Virus record (IMG/VR): IMGVR_UViG_3300016474_000772
Location: 1-47,813 of that record
DNA: 47,813 nucleotides
From: a virus
Taxonomy: Duplodnaviria; Caudoviricetes
Reading direction: 5' to 3' (one strand)
Shown here piece by piece: positions 30,521 through 37,844 of the stretch. The stretch's first letter is position 1; every line of letters starts with the position of its first letter. A program made the translations under genes and the position numbers. The notes below the pieces were generated by a model. That model saw only the letters and a list, made by a program, of their open reading frames with translations. It made no database searches and was not told the origin of the DNA.

Positions 30521-30708
30521 CTCTTTCTCATGAAACCCTTGTAAATTTTTACAAGTTGAATTTTTCTCTAATGCATCATCATAAGTATTCGTTGACGGAA
30601 TTAGAAAATATGATACCATGGGAAAGAGACATATACGTTGGCCTTATTATTAATCATGTGAAAACGGAAAATGAAAAGATTAAGTTAAAACAAATGGCTA
30701 AACAGTAA
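30505..30708 (+). CDS. gp51: gp51-like hub assembly frame, probably translated by a -1 frameshift from gp26 (first in-frame ATG at 30571)
   Basis: Not in the ORF track. The -1 frame reads KFFRLTLSHETLVNFYKLNFSLMHHHKYSLTELENMIPWERDIYVGLIINHVKTENEKIKLKQMAKQ*; its stop overlaps the next ATG. Confidence 0.8.
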   Translation, partial: KFFRLTLSHETLVNFYKLNFSLMHHHKYSLTELENMIPWERDIYVGLIINHVKTENEKIKLKQMAKQ

Positions 30709-32303
30709 TGGAAGATAAAAACAAAAATGTTAGATTGCCTGCTCTATTAAGAAATAGAGAAGCTAGTAATGAGACAAAGGAGTCAATTGCTCCTACGTCT
30801 TTGGTAAATATACTATCTAAAACCAATACTAACATACAAATTCAAAGTAAAATTTTACAAGAAATTACTTTGGTTCGTAAACTTACTGAAAGTAATCTTG
30901 CCTTCAATAGAAAAATAAGTGATCAAAATTTAGTCATAGTTAATAGAGTAAGACCTTACTCTGAAAAAGTAAATAGAACAGAAGAAAAAATACCAACAAA
31001 AATTAAAGAAGAAAATCAAAGATCATTGTTTGGTGATGTGAAAGATTTTGCCAAGGGTATGTTACTACCTTTTGCCGACATAGGCAAATACATGCTTGGT
31101 ATGCAAAATAAAAAAGAATTATCTGTAGCGGGTGGTATTGAGCCTGGTTCTGAATCAGAGAAACAAAGAGATAGAGAAGCGTTGGCAGATGCTATAGCAA
31201 ATAAGCTTGCTAAGTTACTTGGAGGCGGAGCGTTGGGTCTGGGTGGAATGGGAGGAGGAGCAGGCGGTATACTAGGTGGATTGCCGATACCTGATCTACC
31301 AGGAAGAACTCCAGCAGGAACTACGCCAGGCAAAACCCCACCGAAGAAACCATCCGGTAAATTTCCTTATAGGTGGAATCCAAAATTAAAAGGTGGAGGT
31401 GGCTGGATAGACGAAAAAGGCAGACGTGTTTCAAAAGCTGTAGTAGAAGAAGCTATGAAAAATACGGCTAAAATGTCTGGAGCGAGAATATTGGGTGGTA
31501 TACTTGGTATCGGAGGTATTATTGGCGTGGGTATGACGTCAGAAGATGTTGGTATGAGCCGAGAAGAGGAAGAAGAACAAGTAACCGCATATGATACTGG
31601 TAAACAAGAGCAGCTACAAAAAGATATAGAAAAATTAGGTCTACCAGAAGATTCGTCTCAGACTGAAGTGACTAATCTAAAGCAAAAAATTAAAACAGAA
31701 GCTCTTTTTGACAAATTACCAGATAATATAAAAGCTAATTTAAAGACAGAAAAAGTAAGAAAAGTTTCTTCTGGTCGAGGTACCTTTAAAGAAGTTAAAA
31801 CTGGAGAAAAACTTACAGCTGAAGAAATATACCAACAAAAGAAAAAAATTGTGGATGCTTACTTTAAGCCTGGTATGTTTGGTGGTAATCCAATGACTCC
31901 AGAAAAAGCAGCTTTAATTAAAGGATATGATGAAGAATTTGAAATGAAAAGATATAAGCAGGGACTTACTGCTGGTGCTGGTAGAGGAAGCTATGGAATG
32001 CCTTTGGCAGTAGCAGAGGAAGGAGTAGATGTAGTTGATAAAGTACAAGCGGCTGAAGTATCAGCGGAAAAAACTCAAGATGGTTTGATTTTAAATCAAT
32101 TGGAAAGTATGTTAAAAGATTTAACTGATGGTCTTGGAGAAAATTTCTCAATGGAGAAACTTAATCAAATGATGGGTGGTAGTATTATTTCTAATAATGT
32201 AGTAACTCAAAATTCACAAAGTTTTGTTCCTATTTCACCTTCTGTTGATAATACGGCAGATTCATTTCAACGTTTTTTACAAAACTCTATAAATCCATAT
32301 TAA
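30708..32303 (+). CDS. Probable tape measure / gp29-like protein
   Basis: Position after the gp26/gp51 pair; helical charged segments alternating with Gly-rich hydrophobic stretches; C-terminal ISNNVVTQNS. Confidence 0.55.
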   Translation: MEDKNKNVRLPALLRNREASNETKESIAPTSLVNILSKTNTNIQIQSKILQEITLVRKLTESNLAFNRKISDQNLVIVNRVRPYSEKVNRTEEKIPTKIKEENQRSLFGDVKDFAKGMLLPFADIGKYMLGMQNKKELSVAGGIEPGSESEKQRDREALADAIANKLAKLLGGGALGLGGMGGGAGGILGGLPIPDLPGRTPAGTTPGKTPPKKPSGKFPYRWNPKLKGGGGWIDEKGRRVSKAVVEEAMKNTAKMSGARILGGILGIGGIIGVGMTSEDVGMSREEEEEQVTAYDTGKQEQLQKDIEKLGLPEDSSQTEVTNLKQKIKTEALFDKLPDNIKANLKTEKVRKVSSGRGTFKEVKTGEKLTAEEIYQQKKKIVDAYFKPGMFGGNPMTPEKAALIKGYDEEFEMKRYKQGLTAGAGRGSYGMPLAVAEEGVDVVDKVQAAEVSAEKTQDGLILNQLESMLKDLTDGLGENFSMEKLNQMMGGSIISNNVVTQNSQSFVPISPSVDNTADSFQRFLQNSINPY

Positions 32304-32326
32304 AAGGGGCCGAAGCCCCTTTCTTT
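32302..32326. terminator. Bidirectional intrinsic terminator
   Basis: aaaaggggc-cgaa-gcccctttcttt between convergent genes, with T-tracts on both strands (UUCG loop on -). Confidence 0.88.
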
Positions 32327-32552
32327 ACTTCTTAGCAGCAGGTTCTGCAGGCTTTTTAGCATCGTCTACAGGTTTACCATCTTTGCCAACGGGTTTAACC
32401 TTTGGTTTATCTGCTTTAGGCTCATCCTTCTTAACTTCAGGTTTTGCCTCTGCTTTAGGAACATCTTTCTTTGGCTCTTCTTTTTTAGCTTCTGCTGCTA
32501 CGGCACCATGTGCCATTGCTAAAGATGCTAGTGCTGCGATTAAATATTTCAT
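32325..32552 (-). CDS. Small exported Lys/Glu/Pro/Ala-rich protein
   Basis: Signal peptide MKYLIAALASLAMAHGAVA followed by a low-complexity KKEEPKK-type tail; starts 2 nt after the gp32 stop. Confidence 0.75.
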   Translation of the reverse strand: MKYLIAALASLAMAHGAVAAEAKKEEPKKDVPKAEAKPEVKKDEPKADKPKVKPVGKDGKPVDDAKKPAEPAAKK

Positions 32553-32554
32553 GT

Positions 32555-33475
32555 TTATTCCTCGTTAGCTAGTTTAGAAAAATACGATAACGATTCTTCA
32601 TCGTCATCAAAATCTACTTCTTTACTTGGTACTGGCTTCGTAGATGCAGGTTTAGAAACAACTGTAGCTTTAGGAGCTAAAGGCTCGTCGTCTAATTCTG
32701 TTTCCTCTGCTCGTTTTGTGGGAGCTGCGCCTGTCAAAACCATTTGAAGTTTTTTCTTCAGTTCATCATATGACTTGAAGTGTTTGTGGTCTAAAAATTG
32801 TGTCAAAGAATGTTGAGAATTCCAAATCTTTTCTAATTTGTTCTCATCTTCGGTGACAGGGGAAGGAGTTTCAAATTCTGACTTATCATAGTTTCGATAC
32901 CCTTCAACATTTCTAATTTTTAGTTTAAAATTAGCACCGGCATCAAAATCGAAAGGATTGATAGGTTTTTCATCTTCGAATTGAGGCTCAGTTAGATCTT
33001 TAATCTTGTCAAAGATTTTTTTACCATATCGAAAGAGAAATACTTTACCTTCGTTCTCTGGATGTGCTGAATCTTTAACAATAAGAATATTAGAAATATA
33101 GGTCAATTTACGTTTCTGTTTTCTTGCAACTTCTTTATTTGCCTCAGAACCAGAATTCCACAACTCAGTATTTAATTCTGATACAGGATCAGATTTACCA
33201 ATAGTTGTTAGAGAATTTTCGATGTACCATTTGCCTGATGGACCTTGAAACCCATGATTCCAAATACGAACGAATGGAAGTTCTTCATTTGGTGGGGCTG
33301 GAAGAAATCTAATTACAGCATAACCATTTCCTGCTTTGTCCACCTCTGGTTGCCAGAAGCGTTCATCTGCTGCTTTAGATTCTGATTGAGGATTGGCGAT
33401 TTTTTCAACCTCTTTCATTAGAGATTCAAAACCACCGCGGGATTTGCGAAGTTCAGATAGGGAAGTAAAAGCCAT
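32555..33475 (-). CDS. gp32: Single-stranded DNA-binding protein
   Basis: DERFWQPEVDKAGNGYAVIRFLPAP, GKWYIENSLTTIG, YGKKIFDKI, YRNYDKSEF, acidic tail with YFSKLA. Confidence 0.96.
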   Translation of the reverse strand: MAFTSLSELRKSRGGFESLMKEVEKIANPQSESKAADERFWQPEVDKAGNGYAVIRFLPAPPNEELPFVRIWNHGFQGPSGKWYIENSLTTIGKSDPVSELNTELWNSGSEANKEVARKQKRKLTYISNILIVKDSAHPENEGKVFLFRYGKKIFDKIKDLTEPQFEDEKPINPFDFDAGANFKLKIRNVEGYRNYDKSEFETPSPVTEDENKLEKIWNSQHSLTQFLDHKHFKSYDELKKKLQMVLTGAAPTKRAEETELDDEPLAPKATVVSKPASTKPVPSKEVDFDDDEESLSYFSKLANEE

Positions 33476-33510
33476 TTGTATTCTCCGTATAAGCGTTGTA
33501 TTTAAAAGTA

Positions 33511-33699
33511 TTAACGTCGTTTGATTTTATTTGTATATGCATAATCTAAAATATCATCAAACGCATCATCCTCGGTTGTTTTAGATGATGCATAATTATA
33601 TATTATCTTGCGATGCTTGTCTAGTTTATTTTTGCTCTTTTCGATACGATGTATTCTTTTTTCTTTATCATATCCTTCATAAGTCTTAGTCTTGCTCAT
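33511..33699 (-). CDS. Small basic hypothetical protein
   Basis: ORF track 33511-33744; the likely start is MSKTK at 33699, which avoids overlap with the upstream gene. Confidence 0.6.
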   Translation of the reverse strand: MSKTKTYEGYDKEKRIHRIEKSKNKLDKHRKIIYNYASSKTTEDDAFDDILDYAYTNKIKRR

Positions 33700-33703
33700 T
33701 TTA

Positions 33704-33949
33704 TTAAAACGATTCTCCCTCTTCATTTTTATGATCTTGCACAATAATATATGGCCACGTAGAAACTCTTTTAGCTAGAGTTTTTTGATTATGCGCCATC
33801 ATTATTAGATGCCTATGAGTATCTCTCAAGGATTCTGATAGATTTTCAACACTGTCTAGTAAAATTGCCACTTGTTTTTCAAGATCAACTATTCTAGTTT
33901 TCAATGCGATATCTGATTCAAACACCAAATCTTTTTCTATAGATTCCAT
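33704..33949 (-). CDS. Coiled-coil hypothetical protein
   Basis: ORF track 33704-33967; likely start MESIEK; heptad pattern. Confidence 0.6.
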   Translation of the reverse strand: MESIEKDLVFESDIALKTRIVDLEKQVAILLDSVENLSESLRDTHRHLIMMAHNQKTLAKRVSTWPYIIVQDHKNEEGESF

Positions 33950-34526
33950 TAAACTTTTCCAAATCAACTTTTAAGAATGGATCATATTTCTTCACCAGCC
34001 TCGATATATCTGGATATAAAATATCATCATTGACTTCGTTATCAAATTTATCAAACACCTTAAATAATTTATCTATAATCACTAGTGTTTCTATAGTGAT
34101 AACTTTTCTCAAGTATGCTTTTATTATATATGGATGAGTATTTTTTGAGGATTCTAGAATTTTACTTTCATCAAGATTATTAAGTTCTAAATCTGCTTGA
34201 ATATTGTTTAAATCCTTTTCAAAATTATATGTCAATCCCTCAATACGTTTTTTCCATTCCAAATATCTATCTTTAGCTTCAGAATCAAATAATCCACCCC
34301 ATCTATCCCCGGATACAAAATTTGCTATCAGAAAATTTGCCACTTCCTCATCTGAAAACTTCTTAGCTATTTTATTGATTGAAAATAAGTCTGATCTTTT
34401 CGCGAATGCCTGCCTGCTAGCCCTAACTTTACCTTTTTGTTTAATTACATCATATTTGTCTGTAGTGAAATGCAACTTCAATGCCAAGTAATATTTGTAA
34501 ACTTGAAATGCGTCCATTATGATCAT
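33918..34526 (-). CDS. gp59: Helicase loader
   Basis: YKYYLALKLHFTTDKYD..K..GK, ITIETLVIID, KKYDPFL; gp33-gp59-gp32 synteny. Confidence 0.92.
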   Translation of the reverse strand: MIIMDAFQVYKYYLALKLHFTTDKYDVIKQKGKVRASRQAFAKRSDLFSINKIAKKFSDEEVANFLIANFVSGDRWGGLFDSEAKDRYLEWKKRIEGLTYNFEKDLNNIQADLELNNLDESKILESSKNTHPYIIKAYLRKVITIETLVIIDKLFKVFDKFDNEVNDDILYPDISRLVKKYDPFLKVDLEKFNGIYRKRFGV

Positions 34527-34786
34527 AAAGGTAGTTTGCCCCGTTTCTTTAAATAATTCTGTTCTTCTGCTTCAATTTGAATCTTTTCTTTCAATGTTTG
34601 ATTAATTAGTTTTGCTATAGATTCTACCTCAATATCAATTTCATTGCAGTATTGAATAACTGCATCCATATAACCTATCTTTTCGGATTGTACTTTTTCC
34701 TCTATGTATAGAGAAAATTCATTCGGAGATCTAAATCTTTTAGTAATGATAATGGAATCTGTTAGTTCTTTTTTTAGTTCATCCAT
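34523..34786 (-). CDS. gp33: Late transcription coactivator
   Basis: FSLYIEEKV...YMDAVIQYC..IDIEVESIAKLI..LKEKIQIEA; likely start MDELKK at 34786. Confidence 0.9.
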   Translation of the reverse strand: MDELKKELTDSIIITKRFRSPNEFSLYIEEKVQSEKIGYMDAVIQYCNEIDIEVESIAKLINQTLKEKIQIEAEEQNYLKKRGKLPL

Positions 34787-35468
34787 TTCGGTTGTTTCTT
34801 TCTGGAAATAAAACACTGTCCATGTATCCTTGAAATAAGTTTTTATTCACTCCCAAACTATGCATCATATGCGGTGTTCTAGGATTCTGTTTTTGATAAT
34901 AACAATACCTGTCGTGACTATCAGAATAATCTTTATTTTTATCTCTGATGAGACCGACGTTGGCTAAATAATATCTAAATGTATTATAATATACTTCGGA
35001 TGCTAAATCAAATTCATTTTTATCCAAATTACCAGCTGCAATCATATTTTCTGAAAATATCTTAGTAGCCCATTCAGGCAATTCTCTTTTCTTATTCGGA
35101 TAATAAGTGCTAGATATTTCTTTGAATCTATTCAACATAAAATGATTGCTATCAGCTGCTATGGAGTAGTCGTGAAACATACCAGTGATCTTATCTTTAC
35201 CACATACTATATCAAAACCAAATATAGGTGATGTATCATCATAGTGAGGAAAGATACAGAAATGCATAATCCATATCTTTTTTGTTTGTCTTGCATCTAC
35301 CACTTCAACATGGGCTCTGCGGAATTTTTCACTTTTGAAAATATAGTTTTCCCATTTAAAATCATATTGAGTATGATCAAAATTATATGGCACAAAACTA
35401 GATGTTCGAAGCAAAGACCCTAAAGTATAAGAGGCTAACTCTTCAGCTTTATCCCAAATATCAGCCAT
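34779..35468 (-). CDS. Ferredoxin-dependent bilin reductase (PcyA/PcyX family)
   Basis: FRRAHVEVVD...WIMHFCIFP...PIFGFDIVCG..KITGMFHDYS, RELPEWA..IFS, YCYYQKQNPRT; coupled to a heme oxygenase gene. Confidence 0.88.
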   Translation of the reverse strand: MADIWDKAEELASYTLGSLLRTSSFVPYNFDHTQYDFKWENYIFKSEKFRRAHVEVVDARQTKKIWIMHFCIFPHYDDTSPIFGFDIVCGKDKITGMFHDYSIAADSNHFMLNRFKEISSTYYPNKKRELPEWATKIFSENMIAAGNLDKNEFDLASEVYYNTFRYYLANVGLIRDKNKDYSDSHDRYCYYQKQNPRTPHMMHSLGVNKNLFQGYMDSVLFPERNNRNG

Positions 35469-36003
35469 ATGCTTTTAAAATTTCTATGTTAAAGTCAAAT
35501 GCAATATTAGCTTCTACTGCCATGGACACATCTATACGTTTTCTCATCTCAGTAATTAGTGAAATGAGATTATCAAACTTATACATGTTCCCATTGCCGG
35601 GAACTAGTTTGGCCAGCTGTTGCCCTCCAAATAAATCTCCCATGTGTCTAACATAGATATGTGCCATAAGTCTTTGGCGTCTATTTTTTATATCATCATA
35701 GAAGATATTATCTAGATAAGTTAAATAATTATTAGTTGCAGGTAAAGCAGAATGATTATAATTTTTTGATGCTAAATCTACAAAGTCGGCTCTTACTCTA
35801 GGCGCTCTTTTTAAATCCTCGATACCCTCAAATAAACCGACTTCGGAACCATGACTTTCTAAAATATAGTAAATAAAATGAAGCTGATACAAGTAATCTG
35901 TATACTTGTACTTATCTACCTCGCCCTTAAAAATAGATTGTATAAAAGGTAGAGACTCAGCTATCTTATGTTTTTCGGCAGTTGCTTCTTTAAGTGTAAT
36001 CAT
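35461..36003 (-). CDS. hemO: Heme oxygenase
   Basis: LKEATAEKHKIAE (proximal His), AHIYVRHMGDLFGGQ, EANIAFDFNI. Confidence 0.93.
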   Translation of the reverse strand: MITLKEATAEKHKIAESLPFIQSIFKGEVDKYKYTDYLYQLHFIYYILESHGSEVGLFEGIEDLKRAPRVRADFVDLASKNYNHSALPATNNYLTYLDNIFYDDIKNRRQRLMAHIYVRHMGDLFGGQQLAKLVPGNGNMYKFDNLISLITEMRKRIDVSMAVEANIAFDFNIEILKAYG

Positions 36004-36338
36004 TTGAATAATATTAGTGCAAGAATAGTTGCGTGAATAACAAAACCAAAACCAATAGTGACGATATTTAACATATCCTTAAGAATTGTAGCTCGAACAA
36101 ACAATAAAGATAGGCCTGCCCAAATAAACAATACCAAATCTATTGGCGGCATCTTTTCAGTTAGTCCGGACATCACAGCTAATAATGTTGGTATAGTTGC
36201 TGCATGAATAACTATAACAGCTATCCATGCGATAGTTTCAGCTGTAGCAGCAGTTAATTTATTTCTACAAAAATCACTAATTTTTTCAATATCTATGGTA
36301 GGCATTTTTATTTTAGGTATTTTCATTATGTATCTCAC
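36000..36338 (-). CDS. Small membrane protein (about 3 TM segments)
   Basis: Three hydrophobic stretches; overlaps both neighbours by 4 nt. Confidence 0.75.
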   Translation of the reverse strand: MRYIMKIPKIKMPTIDIEKISDFCRNKLTAATAETIAWIAVIVIHAATIPTLLAVMSGLTEKMPPIDLVLFIWAGLSLLFVRATILKDMLNIVTIGFGFVIHATILALILFK

Positions 36339-36874
36339 TTATAAAAAATGTGATTGCCAATTTTAGCTATCTTTTCTTTTCCCCATCCAGGAGAAACATA
36401 GGTAGCATGATAATACATGGCTTCAGTTAATCCTTCAAGTCTAAATCCCTCAAGTAATACTTTCTTGGCAACTGCCATACATTCATTATATGCTGCTGTA
36501 TGCATGGGTCTCATTTTAGTAGATGTCTCACAGTACCAACTAAACTGACAAACTACCTTTTCCATAAAAATGTTTTTCTGATAAATTACTTTACAAATAT
36601 CTGAAGGAAATTTACCAGACTCTGCTCTGTTTATAGTTACTTGGGCAACAGCAACCTTGCCCTCGAAGGGTTCTTTAGCTGCTTCAAAATAGATATTGCG
36701 AGCAAGACATTCTAGTTGTTGCTCTCTTTTCTCAAGAGTCAATGTGCTAAATACTGATGGTTTAACTGACTCTTGTTTTAAATAATTAAACTTGTGATCA
36801 ATGACTTTCAACAAAAGATTGCCGACAATTACAGCGGCAAGGCATACTAAGAAATACTTCACAAGCTTTTCCAT
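36335..36874 (-). CDS. Cell wall hydrolase, SleB/Hydrolase_2 family, with an N-terminal membrane anchor
   Basis: CLARNIYFEA..EPFEGKVAVAQVTINR, CQFSWYC, YYHATYVSPGW...IGNHIFY. Confidence 0.92.
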   Translation of the reverse strand: MEKLVKYFLVCLAAVIVGNLLLKVIDHKFNYLKQESVKPSVFSTLTLEKREQQLECLARNIYFEAAKEPFEGKVAVAQVTINRAESGKFPSDICKVIYQKNIFMEKVVCQFSWYCETSTKMRPMHTAAYNECMAVAKKVLLEGFRLEGLTEAMYYHATYVSPGWGKEKIAKIGNHIFYK

Positions 36875-36912
36875 TTTGTTCTCCTATAAGAGGACATAGG
36901 TCCTCACTAAGA

Positions 36913-37182
36913 TTACTTCTTAGAAGATTTCTCTGAAGTTTGTGGGAGTTGAGATACAAAGCCATTAAGTGTCTGTGCTTTGGCAATTATATCTATTTCT
37001 GTTGGATATGAAGGAAATCCAGGATGATCTGGAGGATGTTGACCGGCATGTCTTGCATTTTCTACTTTAACTTGCCAATCATTACTAATAGATTCACGTT
37101 TACCAAAATAATCTTGTTCAAGCATTGTTTGGGCCATCTTTAGTAACTCCAAACGAATCTCGAAAGGTGTCATATTACTCAT
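36913..37182 (-). CDS. Conserved phage hypothetical protein
   Basis: MTPFEIRLELLKMA...YPTEIDIIAKAQTLNGFVS pattern; strong SD AAGGAG. Confidence 0.8.
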   Translation of the reverse strand: MSNMTPFEIRLELLKMAQTMLEQDYFGKRESISNDWQVKVENARHAGQHPPDHPGFPSYPTEIDIIAKAQTLNGFVSQLPQTSEKSSKK

Positions 37183-37189
37183 ATACTAC

Positions 37190-37237
37190 TCCTTGTGTTT
37201 GTGTGTAAATGGGCGGATTATAGGTTCCGCCGAACCT
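37190..37237 (-). promoter_or_regulatory. Structured 5' leader: H-type pseudoknot or hairpin, then a CA-rich tract and SD
   Basis: mRNA AGGUU-C-GGCGG-AACCU-AUAAU-CCGCC-CAUUUACACACAAACACAAGGAG; S1 AGGUU/AACCU, S2 GGCGG/CCGCC. Confidence 0.55.
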
Positions 37238-37243
37238 TGATTT

Positions 37244-37786
37244 TTAGTAGGAAACTCTAAGTCCTACACCTACTGCTTTCTCTTGAATATCTTGAAGAGA
37301 ACGGCTCATACTTGCACTAACACTAACAGCTTTTGTTAATGGCATACTGGCTCCGAGCCAAGTAACTGTTTGCTTTAGATTATCATTATCCCAGTTGACA
37401 CGAGTTTTTACGCCGGTAAAAGCATAAAGTGAACCAATGGGAACACCTGCTCGTAATCCAACTAGTCCATAAGTAAAATCACCATTTACTTTGCCGTTGA
37501 ATCCATTATCATAACCTACACCACCGAAAGCATTTACCCCAGCAATATTCTTGCCTGCAGTTACTTCTACACTATTAAGCATTCCGCCTTTATCGAAAAC
37601 TGCAGTACGAACTTGTAGATCCAAATTCAATCCGGCCATATCTTTACCAGCACGGAAATACTGTGCAGTACTTTCAGCTTTATTACGAGTATCTTTTACT
37701 TGATCTACGTCAAAACTAACATAGTTGGCTGCATGTGTTGCTGTAGTAGCAACTGTTAATGCTAATGCTAAAATGGTCTTTTTCAT
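37244..37786 (-). CDS. Outer-membrane beta-barrel protein
   Basis: Signal peptide MKKTILALALTVATTATHA, alternating amphipathic strands, C-terminal aromatic BAM-type signal GVGLRVSY. Confidence 0.8.
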   Translation of the reverse strand: MKKTILALALTVATTATHAANYVSFDVDQVKDTRNKAESTAQYFRAGKDMAGLNLDLQVRTAVFDKGGMLNSVEVTAGKNIAGVNAFGGVGYDNGFNGKVNGDFTYGLVGLRAGVPIGSLYAFTGVKTRVNWDNDNLKQTVTWLGASMPLTKAVSVSASMSRSLQDIQEKAVGVGLRVSY

Positions 37787-37834
37787 AAAGTCTCCTTTGT
37801 GTGTGAATCGATTTTATAGATCGAGAACTAGATT

Positions 37835-37842
37835 TATTTATA
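37835..37842 (-). promoter_or_regulatory. T4-type late promoter upstream of the OMP gene
   Basis: Perfect TATAAATA on - in the intergenic gap. Confidence 0.7.
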
Positions 37843-37844
37843 TT

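Noticed and set aside
34779-36003. Cyanophage assignment based on bilin genes
   Set aside because: No photosynthesis genes in the window; ahpC-ahpD, the heptosyltransferase and GH19/SleB lysins fit a heterotrophic proteobacterial host better, though this is not proven.
36000-36338. Holin call for the 3-TM protein next to the SleB hydrolase
   Set aside because: Only hydrophobicity and adjacency support it; no recognisable holin family features.
36883-36905. Second pseudoknot (loop CCUAU pairing with AUAGG over the SleB SD)
   Set aside because: The 2-nt connecting loop is probably too short to span a 5-bp stem; kept only as a hairpin.
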